NCBI RefSeq assembly: GCF_036323395.1
Contig: NZ_AP028907.1
Span: 210,001 to 242,000, forward strand
Reading direction: 5' to 3'
DNA: 32,000 nucleotides
Origin: Pyrodictium abyssi
GTDB lineage: Archaea; Thermoproteota; Thermoprotei_A; Sulfolobales; Pyrodictiaceae
Shown here: positions 9,792-17,782 of the stretch, in pieces
Layout: each line of letters starts with the position of its first letter
Position numbering within the stretch: position 1 is the first letter of the stretch
Made by a program: the position numbers and the translations under genes
Notes under the pieces: model-generated
Database searches by the model: none
Seen by the model: the letters and a program-made list of their open reading frames with translations, nothing else
Told to the model about the DNA's origin: nothing

Positions 9792-11051
9792 TTAGTGTTT
9801 TGCTCCACTGCCGCTGAAGTAGTGCGTCATTACGGCTTTGAGGGCTGGCCTGGCTAGTAGCAGATATACTAGGACGCCTATCGCGTGGACGCCTATTGTT
9901 ATGCCTATCTCTATGGCTGTCGGGTAGTAGGGCTTTACCTCGCCGAGTGTGCTCGGTATGAAGCCTGGTATGATTATTGTCATTGTCTTCTCGGCCACGA
10001 CTGCTATTATCGTCAGTATTGATACGAAGATTATCCCCCTCTTCGTGTTGTGGACACGCGGCACTATGCCTAGTATGACTGCGGCTATGCCCAGGCCTAT
10101 CCATAGCCACATCAGCTTGGCTAGGTATGGCAGGTGGTAGCCCAGGAACAGCGTCTGTGCCTGCGCCTTCTTTGCCGGTTCTGTTGTGTACCAGAATATC
10201 TCGTGTACCTCGCTGAGCGTGAAGTACAGGCCTACTACCAGTGAGCCCACGATCACGTAGAGCGTCTTCCTGTATACACTGAAGTCTACCTTGAAGCCCT
10301 TGATGTAGCGCTCTGCCAGGTATAGGGCTAGCAGCAGTATCGCCGGGCCGCTGGCGAACGCTGTAGCAACGTAGCGGGGCGCGAGTAGCGGGCTATTCCA
10401 TATCGGCCTCGCTGTCAGCGCCTGGGAAATGAATGCCGTCACAGTGTGTATGCCTATGGCGAAGGGCGCTGCTATGGTTATGAACGGTACTATGAACTTC
10501 CTGGGTATTGGCTTGTCCTGGCGGTAGTAGTGCACTGTCACTAGCATGCCTATCAGGTTTAGCGCTAGGTAACCAGTCAGCACTATGAAGTCCCAGTCGA
10601 GCATCGAGCGCAGATTTGGCAGCTGCGGCATCAGCACTAGCGCGCGGAGCGGCCTACCTATGTCAACCACTATTAGTAGTAGCACAGTTACTATAGCTGC
10701 TACCGCTTGCACCTCGCCAAGCACCGCTACCTTCTTGAACTCCTTGTCGCCGAACACGTAGGCTGCTATACCGAACACTATTCCTGCTGCCGCTACTCCG
10801 ACCCAGAATACGAAGAACGATATGTAGATGCCCCATGGCACGCTATCGTTCAGCGCTGTAAGTATTAGACCACCCTCCTCGGCGCCTAGGAATATTGGCG
10901 CATGTTGCACGAATATCCAGAGGTACATGCCGTAGAGCGCTATTATCAGTAGGCCTAGCGCCGCTAGGTAGTAGCGGGGGCCACCAGTCAGCAGCGCCTC
11001 CTTTATCACGAACTTTATAGTGTCTATGAAGCTGCTACCCTGGCTGCTCAT
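9792..11051 (-). CDS. NrfD/PsrC-family integral membrane (quinone-interacting) subunit
   Basis: 419 aa polytopic; 'NDSVPWGIYISFFVFWVGVAAAGIVF', 'RSMLDWDFIVLTGYLALNLIG', adjacent to the matching Fe-S subunit. Confidence 0.88.
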   Translation of the reverse strand: MSSQGSSFIDTIKFVIKEALLTGGPRYYLAALGLLIIALYGMYLWIFVQHAPIFLGAEEGGLILTALNDSVPWGIYISFFVFWVGVAAAGIVFGIAAYVFGDKEFKKVAVLGEVQAVAAIVTVLLLIVVDIGRPLRALVLMPQLPNLRSMLDWDFIVLTGYLALNLIGMLVTVHYYRQDKPIPRKFIVPFITIAAPFAIGIHTVTAFISQALTARPIWNSPLLAPRYVATAFASGPAILLLALYLAERYIKGFKVDFSVYRKTLYVIVGSLVVGLYFTLSEVHEIFWYTTEPAKKAQAQTLFLGYHLPYLAKLMWLWIGLGIAAVILGIVPRVHNTKRGIIFVSILTIIAVVAEKTMTIIIPGFIPSTLGEVKPYYPTAIEIGITIGVHAIGVLVYLLLARPALKAVMTHYFSGSGAKH

Positions 11052-11067
11052 CTAGGCTCACCCCTCG

Positions 11068-12120
11068 TTACTCCTTAGCCTCTGCACCTGGCTCGCGGGG
11101 AGGAGTACGCTTAGGGCCAAAGAAGTAGAAGAACCTAGGCCTGGTGCCCGCCTCGGGCTTGAGCACGAACGCGCCATACTCCTCTATCACACGGCGTATC
11201 GGGCTGTCTGGGTCGTTGAGGTCACCGAATACCCTGGCGCCTACAGGGCATACCTCGACACACGCCGGCACGCCCCCGTCGCGGGTACGCTGTATACACC
11301 AGGTACACTTCTCCACGACGTGCACCTGCCTCGGCACGTTGCCTAGTATGTGCATGTTGGGGTTGAGCTCTGTCACCGGGACGTAGGGCTTAGCCCAGTT
11401 GAAGCGACGCGCACCATAGGGGCATGCTGTCATACAGTAGCGGCAGCCTATGCAGCGGTCGTAGTCCACAACCACTATGCCGTCGGGCTCCTTCCAGGTG
11501 GCCCTTACCGGGCACACCATGGTGCACGGCGGGTCCTCACAGTGCATACACGCTACCGGCACGTAGACCATGTTAGGCTTCGGCGCCTCCGTGTAATCCA
11601 TGTTGGCGTAGATTACCTCCATCTCCTCTCTGGGCATTTCTAGTACCTTTATCCACTCTATGCCTAGGTTTCTGCCCTGGTTGTTCTCCATTACACACGC
11701 GTAGGCGCAGCGGCGGCAGCCGATACACTTGTTCACATCCAGGGCCATCGCGAAGCGTACGCCCTCGCGCGGCCCAGTACCCTTGACCTTTATCATGGCG
11801 CAGCGCTTACGGGCCTCCCTGCACGCGTCAGAGTCCTCTCCCATAGAGCTACAAATCTTGTCGGCTTCCGCCCGGCACCACTCTTTCAGCCTGGCTTCTC
11901 TCTCCCGGGCCCTCCTCTCAAGAGGGCTTCCCGCCTCAGCAGCCTCAGCTATAAAGTCACTTAGGTTTACTGGTACCAGCATCTTCTTGAGCTCGTCCCG
12001 GCTGACCGCCACGAAGGATACAGCGGAGGTGCTAGCTGCCACTGCAGCAGCCTTAAGGAAGTCTCTCCTAGACTTATCCACTTGTCCAGTCATTTTCATC
12101 CACCACCCGAGGTTACTCAC
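11068..12120 (-). CDS. Tat-targeted 4Fe-4S ferredoxin-type electron transfer subunit (NrfC/HmeA/DmsB-like)
   Basis: 350 aa; twin-arginine signal 'SRRDFLKAAAVAASTSAVSF'; four cluster-binding segments: 'CIGCRRCAYAC', 'CMHCEDPPCTMVCP', 'CIGCRYCMTACP', 'CTWCIQRTRDGGVPACVEVCP'. Confidence 0.92.
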   Translation of the reverse strand: MSNLGWWMKMTGQVDKSRRDFLKAAAVAASTSAVSFVAVSRDELKKMLVPVNLSDFIAEAAEAGSPLERRAREREARLKEWCRAEADKICSSMGEDSDACREARKRCAMIKVKGTGPREGVRFAMALDVNKCIGCRRCAYACVMENNQGRNLGIEWIKVLEMPREEMEVIYANMDYTEAPKPNMVYVPVACMHCEDPPCTMVCPVRATWKEPDGIVVVDYDRCIGCRYCMTACPYGARRFNWAKPYVPVTELNPNMHILGNVPRQVHVVEKCTWCIQRTRDGGVPACVEVCPVGARVFGDLNDPDSPIRRVIEEYGAFVLKPEAGTRPRFFYFFGPKRTPPREPGAEAKE

Positions 12121-12814
12121 GAGAATAGCCTAGAGGGAGGACAAAGGCCCCTATGACTAGGGCTAGGCCACCGATAACAACCGCAAGGGTTCCATAGGCG
12201 ATACTACTCTCATCCGGCGGTGCCGGTCTCTCAGAGGGTGTAGGCAGTATGCTTGCTGGCGGCATTGTTGGATCGTGAGGATTATGGCACTCTACACAAG
12301 CCCTAGCGGGTATAGTCTTAAGGTTCTTGTACTCGGGGCATATGTGGAAGGCATACCCTACACCCTTGTAACCTATCACCCGTGTCACATTGCCGCCTTG
12401 GCAGACATACGTCTTGTTACCGTGCACTAGGTAGTTGTAGTCCTTCACTTCACGAGGATGGCATACTTCGCACACCTTGTTTGTCTCCTTGAGCTTCTCA
12501 GTGTCGTGTAGACCGGGTATGTAGACCTTAGCGCCGTTCACCAGGTCTATCATAGTCGGCGGGGCGTGGCAGTTGGAGCAGAAGAGGCCGCGGTGTGCAC
12601 CCTTTGTTAGGTCTATGCCGTGGAAGGGTACCGCCTTGCGGTCGCCGGTGAGCTGCATTGCCTGGTGGCAGCTCGTACATGGGTAGAATGGGTATGGCTG
12701 CGACTGTTCCTGTGCACTGGCCTTCACGGACACAAGCGCCGGTATTGCCATCACGGCGAGAGCTACGGCTATGGTAGCCCAGGCTATGCGGGTATTCTTG
12801 CGCATGCTGGGCAC
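12113..12814 (-). CDS. Tetraheme c-type cytochrome with C-terminal membrane anchor
   Basis: 233 aa; signal peptide; four CXXCH motifs (CTSCH, CSNCH, CEVCH, CVECH); C-terminal TM 'SSIAYGTLAVVIGGLALVIGAFVLP'. Overlaps the downstream Fe-S gene by 8 nt, suggesting coupling. Confidence 0.9.
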   Translation of the reverse strand: MPSMRKNTRIAWATIAVALAVMAIPALVSVKASAQEQSQPYPFYPCTSCHQAMQLTGDRKAVPFHGIDLTKGAHRGLFCSNCHAPPTMIDLVNGAKVYIPGLHDTEKLKETNKVCEVCHPREVKDYNYLVHGNKTYVCQGGNVTRVIGYKGVGYAFHICPEYKNLKTIPARACVECHNPHDPTMPPASILPTPSERPAPPDESSIAYGTLAVVIGGLALVIGAFVLPLGYSRE

Positions 12815-13029
12815 CTCCGAGCCACTAATTGTCCATTATTCTATGTTTCGCTAACACTACACTATTTACCATGATTGAGGTACTGCTAGTGCTTAGTTTA
12901 GAATTAAGTATTAGCCCGAAAAGTTCCCCTTTGATCTGCATTATCGCTAGTTTACTATGAGTACCGCCCCCGGATAAAATAGCCATAAAATAGAAACAGT
13001 TATTGGTTCGCTGACTAGGTTCTGCTCCT

Positions 13030-13590
13030 TTAGCCTTCAAGCCTGCCTGCTGGAGCCTGGTAGCTCTCATGACAGCCTTCGAGTATCTTAGATACCATTA
13101 ACACGGGATAGGGGCCCCCAACCTTGCTCCCGCTAGCCGGGTCTATTATTGCAGCCGGGAGCCCGGGCTCGTACTCACCCTCCACGACTACCCTGCTAGA
13201 GACGCTAGGACTGCCACCGTAGAGGCTCTTGAACTCACTAGCACTGTAGAGCGCCACTACACGTGTGCTGCCATCCTTCCCCTCTAGTATGAACACAGCA
13301 TAGCTGTCATCACTCCCGAGCGGGGGTCCTCCGATACGCTCGGCTATAGCGTATGAGCCGAAGCCTCTTAGCGAGAACACTGTGTCTCCTACCTTTAGCA
13401 CATAGTTGCCGCTGAGGCTGACTGGGGTACCCTTCACCGTTACGTAGGCCTTATAGCCTAGGTTCTTCAGGCTAGAGACATCCTTGTAGTCTGACGATTT
13501 TATGCCTATGAAGCCTATGGCAAGCAGCGCTGCGAAAAGCACACCAGCCAATACGATAGATTTACTAGGTTTAGCCATGCTAGACCCCAA
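13030..13590 (-). CDS. ccmE: CcmE-like heme chaperone, archaeal variant with CXXXY motif
   Basis: 186 aa; N-terminal TM anchor, small beta-rich domain, C-terminal 'EGCHESYQAPAG' (C-H-E-S-Y = CXXXY, at 13060-13074); upstream of ccmC/ccmF homologues. Confidence 0.8.
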   Translation of the reverse strand: MGSSMAKPSKSIVLAGVLFAALLAIGFIGIKSSDYKDVSSLKNLGYKAYVTVKGTPVSLSGNYVLKVGDTVFSLRGFGSYAIAERIGGPPLGSDDSYAVFILEGKDGSTRVVALYSASEFKSLYGGSPSVSSRVVVEGEYEPGLPAAIIDPASGSKVGGPYPVLMVSKILEGCHESYQAPAGRLEG

Positions 13591-13625
13591 TGCTTGGTAC
13601 TAGCTCTAGGCTACCTATATGTGTC

Positions 13626-14657
13626 TTAGCTCGGAGACCTACGGACCTTAGATATATACAGCATCAGCGCACCTAGTAGCGCCAGATACTCTGCAGCGTT
13701 AAGGGCTACGCTCCAGTGTATAACAATCTCCACGCTACCATTCACAAGCCTTACAAGATGCCCTATAATGGCTGGCTTGCCCTCCACAATCTGCGCCTGG
13801 AGAGGACTGCCTAGCTCTACATAGCCGCTCTTAGACAGCATCAGCGCAGCTACAGCACCGTCCACAACCTTAGCGTCTACGACGCGTTCAACACCGCCGC
13901 TCAGATAGGGCGATGCTACAGCGAGCCCCACCACCACACCTAGAGCTACGAAGGCTGCACCAGCATACCGCAGCAGCCTGGCGTAGGGCAGTTCTACGCC
14001 CTCGTAGCGCTTTGCGGCAATATAGGCTAGCAGGAGCGCTATAGCCGAGGCCACTAGTATACGCGTGACGAATATCTTTACTACCTCCGGCTGGCCCATG
14101 AAGTTCCCGAACTGCTGCATAGTCGGGTGGAGGCTTGAAGCTGCTAGCCGCGGCGCTAGGAAGCTTAGCGGCACCATAGAGTACGCTGCTACAGCATAGG
14201 CCGCGCTCAGCCTACTCGCCCTGTCGGGGTCCGGTATGCTCGACCGCAGTACGAAGTATAGGAGGTACGCCAGGAGAAGGAGGAGCACACCTGTTTCACG
14301 CGGGTCCCAGGACCAAGCCGCGCCCCAGGATTCGCTAGCCCACGCCATGCCGCTCGTGAGGGTGAACACCGCGTAGGCTGTAGCAGTCGTTATGAATGCC
14401 CTTATGTAGGCGTCGAGCCTCTCGCTCCCCTTTACCAGGTAGAGTATCGCAGTTATGAACGCCAGCGTGTATAGGAGGTAGCTGCCCCAGGCCATCGGTA
14501 TATGGATGTATATGTTCAGGTAGGCTGTAGGCGATCCCAGGCTTACACGCAGCGGGTACGGCGCCTTGTATACAGCATAGACTACGAGCGCTGCGTCAAG
14601 AGCGGCCAGCGCGAGGAGTGGTAGGACAGCTATCTTCCCCAGGCCGCGCGTACCCAT
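13626..14657 (-). CDS. ccmC: CcmC-like heme handling protein with C-terminal extension
   Basis: 343 aa; tryptophan-rich 'ASESWGAAWSWDPRETGVLLLLLAYLLYF' (WWD-type motif), conserved His positions ('IYIHIPMAWGSY', 'LHPTMQQFG'), 6 core TMs plus an extra extracytoplasmic segment and a last TM. Confidence 0.85.
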   Translation of the reverse strand: MGTRGLGKIAVLPLLALAALDAALVVYAVYKAPYPLRVSLGSPTAYLNIYIHIPMAWGSYLLYTLAFITAILYLVKGSERLDAYIRAFITTATAYAVFTLTSGMAWASESWGAAWSWDPRETGVLLLLLAYLLYFVLRSSIPDPDRASRLSAAYAVAAYSMVPLSFLAPRLAASSLHPTMQQFGNFMGQPEVVKIFVTRILVASAIALLLAYIAAKRYEGVELPYARLLRYAGAAFVALGVVVGLAVASPYLSGGVERVVDAKVVDGAVAALMLSKSGYVELGSPLQAQIVEGKPAIIGHLVRLVNGSVEIVIHWSVALNAAEYLALLGALMLYISKVRRSPS

Positions 14658-14732
14658 TAACCAGCTCCACCGGGCATGTCTTGGAGCAAAAAGGTATTAA
14701 TAGTCTAGCCCGATAGATTCATAGAAAAGCAT

Positions 14733-17700
14733 CTACTCCTTGTTGCCATGCTTCGCTGCTACTAGTCTAGCCGCCGCAGCGTATACTGCTGCAAGGGCCA
14801 TGATTATTGGGCCTATCCACACCAGCCTTACCCCGGGTATTATCTTGACCTGGACGTGTAGGCCTTCTAGGGCTATAGTGGAGTTAGCCTGGCTAAAGTT
14901 CTCTGCCAGCAGGTAGAGGTCGACCAGAGTGGCTTCTAGCTGCTGCCTCTCCTCAACGTCTACTACGCCATCGTTAAAGACGTCAATGTTGTAGCCTGCG
15001 GCCATTAGCGCGGCTAATGCTAGACGTTTCTTGGGCGGCAGGTGCTTGAAGGCCTCGTGGAGGTAGTATACTAGTAGCTCGTGGTATGCTACCCTACCGC
15101 CTAGGTGGCCTTCCACTACCGGCGGGCTAACTACTACATAGATTTCGTCGAGGCCTAGCCCGATTGGTATTACCTTTGATACTAGGCCGTGTATACCCTG
15201 TATCTCTCCGTAGGCCTCGAAGCGTATCCTAACGTTTACTGTCTTAGAAGCGTCGCCGTTGTCTACACGCAGCTTCACATCTAGCCACGCTGTCTCGGGC
15301 ACCAGCCGTGGAGCGTCTACGTAGCCTATACAGCCATGCGGGTCCCCCAGACACTTCGGCGACTTTGTTATCGAGTCGATCGCAGTAGTGTCCACCAGTA
15401 GCTTGTACAGCGTAGAGTTCTCTATCATGTTTAGTATTCTCTGCGCGGTCGGGTCTAGCGTAGACACTATGTAGGCTGTTACTGCCTGAGGCAGCTGTGA
15501 GGGCGTGTCTACTCTGCCTGCCTCCGGTGTCTCGACGTAGCCATAGATGTAGAGGGCCGCATTGCTGCCGGTTATCCTGTTACCGGTGGCCAGCAGTGGG
15601 CTGCCCTGGCCTGCCAGCAGGAGTGCCTCGGGCAGTATCCCGGCGCGCTCAACCACCACCCTGGTGTCTCCTAGGCTTAGCTCTAGTGGCTGGTCGAACT
15701 CTGCTTCTATGTACTGGTGGAATCCTATCTTATCCTGGTCTAGTGGCACCCTGTCTGGAAGCACTAGCGTGAGGTTGTCAGCCATTATGAGCAGGTTTAC
15801 GCTTATTATGCCGGTGTTGGGGTCCATGTTCAGGTCTAGTCTTAGAGACGCGTTTTCTAGCAGTATTTTGGCCGGCTCGTCCTTGGCTAGCGTTATCGTG
15901 GCGTTTGTCTCTAGATCGTACAGAGTCACCGTAGCGTTAGCATCGACTGCTATGCTTGTGTTGAGGCTTATTGGGCTCTTCTTGGCAGTATCTAGCAGCC
16001 ATCTTATGGTCAGGTTGTTATTGAATATCTCTCTGCCCTGGTTGTAGAGCTTTATGAACTCCACCAAATCTGTCTTGACGTAGTTTAGTAGGCTCCATGC
16101 GAGCATGTATGTTGTGCTCCGGCCCACGTAGTTAGTGTGGATGTCTACTGTCGAGTTACTTATCCCGTAGCTGAAGTCCTCGAGTACTAGCTTAGCGCCT
16201 CCTGGCAGGCTTATTGCCTCGCCGGGCTTCAGCTGGTAGTACCAAGTGTACTTGTCGTTAAACGCGTATGTGCCGCTTAGGAGCACGCCTAGCACCGTAA
16301 CTGCCATGCCGAAGTGTAGTAGCGATACGCCGGTGAGCCTGTCAGCCAGAAGCCGCTGGGCGCGGCTCCTGCGCAACCGGTAGGCTATGTAGGCTATGGC
16401 TGACGCTGCGGCTATCACGGCCCATGGTATGCCGAAGGCCATCATCGCGTTGGTCTCCGGCGGGCTGAGTGGTGCTAGTAGGTAGACTCCCTTGTAGGCT
16501 GCTAGCCCGAATATAGTGGAGACTAGTGCCGCTGAGACTAGCAGCGCAGCGTAGCCTCTCCATCCTATCCTGTCACCTATGAACGCTAGCGGTATCGCCG
16601 CCAGCATAGCTACTAGTAGCGGGTATAGCACGGGGTGGAAGTAGCGTACACCACTCTGCATCTGCGGCACTGTAGCCTCGTGTCCTGTAGCGGCGAGGAG
16701 CGAGGGTAGGAAGAGAGTACCGTACACGAACACAGCGGATACGAATAGAGCCACTCCAGCCGCTAGGAGGCCTACAGCATAGGGCCTACGGCTTCTCAGC
16801 GTCCTACCAGCCTCGGAGGCTATGGCCTCGCTTCTCCGGGCCAGCATATAGACGCCATACGCAGCTGACGCTACCCCGACGGTGAGGAGTATGAGAGCAC
16901 CTATGCCGGGCGCTGCGAAGCTGTGTAGCGGGCTAAGGCCCGTCCTCGTCACGTACATGGCCATGAACACTGAGCTGAGTAGCCATGCCGAGTTGAACGC
17001 AGACATGCTGGGCACTGTCACCAGGAAGTGCGGCAACACAGTAGCCACCAGCCACACCATTAGCTCGCTTGTCTCGACGGGGTCCCAGGCCCAGTAGCCG
17101 CCCCAGCCGAAGGTCTCGTAGCTCCAGTACCCGCCCAGCATTATGCCGAGAGTCAGGAGGGCCCAGCCAAGCTCGTAGACGACAAGGCTCCTGCGCTTCT
17201 CGCCCGTAAGCATAGCCGCTGCCGCTACCGCGAGTAGCGCGTAGCCGCCGAAGGTGCTGAGGGGGTGCGGGTAGAGCCACGGGCTCTTCAGCAGCGGGTT
17301 AAGCCCCGCACCACTAGCAGGGCGCTCACGCATCGCCGTGAACGCGTCGTTTAGGAACGCTGCCGCCAGCGCCGCTAGGACTATGCCGCCGAGTATAGCC
17401 TGGAAGGAGCGGCTCCGGTGCACGCGTAGCAGGTAGAGGCCGGCCGCCGAGGCTATCACCGTGAAGAGGTAGAGACTACCACCGCCGCCGGCCCACGCCG
17501 ACGCTATCCTCATCCAGAGGGGGAGCCCGGGGCTAGTATTCCAGAACGCCTCCTTCAAGCTGTAGTCGAGGGTGACGAATGGTATCACGTAGATAGGCCA
17601 GCCTGCCACGGCTAGTGCGAGGCCGTAGCGTAGTAGCTCTCTTCTGCTCTTCCCCATCAGCGCGGAGGCTACACCAGCTGCTACCAGGATGCCAGCGGCG

Positions 17701-17744
17701 AACGGGACTATACCAGTGTAGTGTAGAGGTACGGCCAAGCCCAT
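14733..17744 (-). CDS. ccmF: CcmF-like cytochrome c-type biogenesis protein, unusually long (1003 aa)
   Basis: WWD motif 'WGGYWAWDPVETSELMVWLVATVLPHFLVT'; many TMs; long extracytoplasmic region in the C-terminal half followed by a last TM 'WIGPIIMALAAVYAAAARLV'. Confidence 0.88.
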   Translation of the reverse strand: MGLAVPLHYTGIVPFAAGILVAAGVASALMGKSRRELLRYGLALAVAGWPIYVIPFVTLDYSLKEAFWNTSPGLPLWMRIASAWAGGGGSLYLFTVIASAAGLYLLRVHRSRSFQAILGGIVLAALAAAFLNDAFTAMRERPASGAGLNPLLKSPWLYPHPLSTFGGYALLAVAAAAMLTGEKRRSLVVYELGWALLTLGIMLGGYWSYETFGWGGYWAWDPVETSELMVWLVATVLPHFLVTVPSMSAFNSAWLLSSVFMAMYVTRTGLSPLHSFAAPGIGALILLTVGVASAAYGVYMLARRSEAIASEAGRTLRSRRPYAVGLLAAGVALFVSAVFVYGTLFLPSLLAATGHEATVPQMQSGVRYFHPVLYPLLVAMLAAIPLAFIGDRIGWRGYAALLVSAALVSTIFGLAAYKGVYLLAPLSPPETNAMMAFGIPWAVIAAASAIAYIAYRLRRSRAQRLLADRLTGVSLLHFGMAVTVLGVLLSGTYAFNDKYTWYYQLKPGEAISLPGGAKLVLEDFSYGISNSTVDIHTNYVGRSTTYMLAWSLLNYVKTDLVEFIKLYNQGREIFNNNLTIRWLLDTAKKSPISLNTSIAVDANATVTLYDLETNATITLAKDEPAKILLENASLRLDLNMDPNTGIISVNLLIMADNLTLVLPDRVPLDQDKIGFHQYIEAEFDQPLELSLGDTRVVVERAGILPEALLLAGQGSPLLATGNRITGSNAALYIYGYVETPEAGRVDTPSQLPQAVTAYIVSTLDPTAQRILNMIENSTLYKLLVDTTAIDSITKSPKCLGDPHGCIGYVDAPRLVPETAWLDVKLRVDNGDASKTVNVRIRFEAYGEIQGIHGLVSKVIPIGLGLDEIYVVVSPPVVEGHLGGRVAYHELLVYYLHEAFKHLPPKKRLALAALMAAGYNIDVFNDGVVDVEERQQLEATLVDLYLLAENFSQANSTIALEGLHVQVKIIPGVRLVWIGPIIMALAAVYAAAARLVAAKHGNKE

Positions 17745-17782
17745 TCGACCTCCTATCCAGAGCGTAGATGGGACATGCGTGC

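Noticed and set aside
9712-10110. 132-aa minus ORF overlapping the 3' end of the NrfD gene
   Set aside because: Out-of-frame shadow of a convincing membrane protein gene, with arginine/serine-rich composition and no motifs.
11068-12120. Interpretation of the Fe-S/NrfD pair as a DMSO, polysulfide or thiosulfate reductase
   Set aside because: No molybdopterin catalytic subunit in the window, so substrate cannot be assigned; kept as a generic electron-transfer module.
15497-17280. Several plus and minus ORFs (91, 161, 73, 71, 115 aa) inside ccmF
   Set aside because: All overlap the 1003-aa CcmF-like frame and look like GC-rich shadow ORFs.
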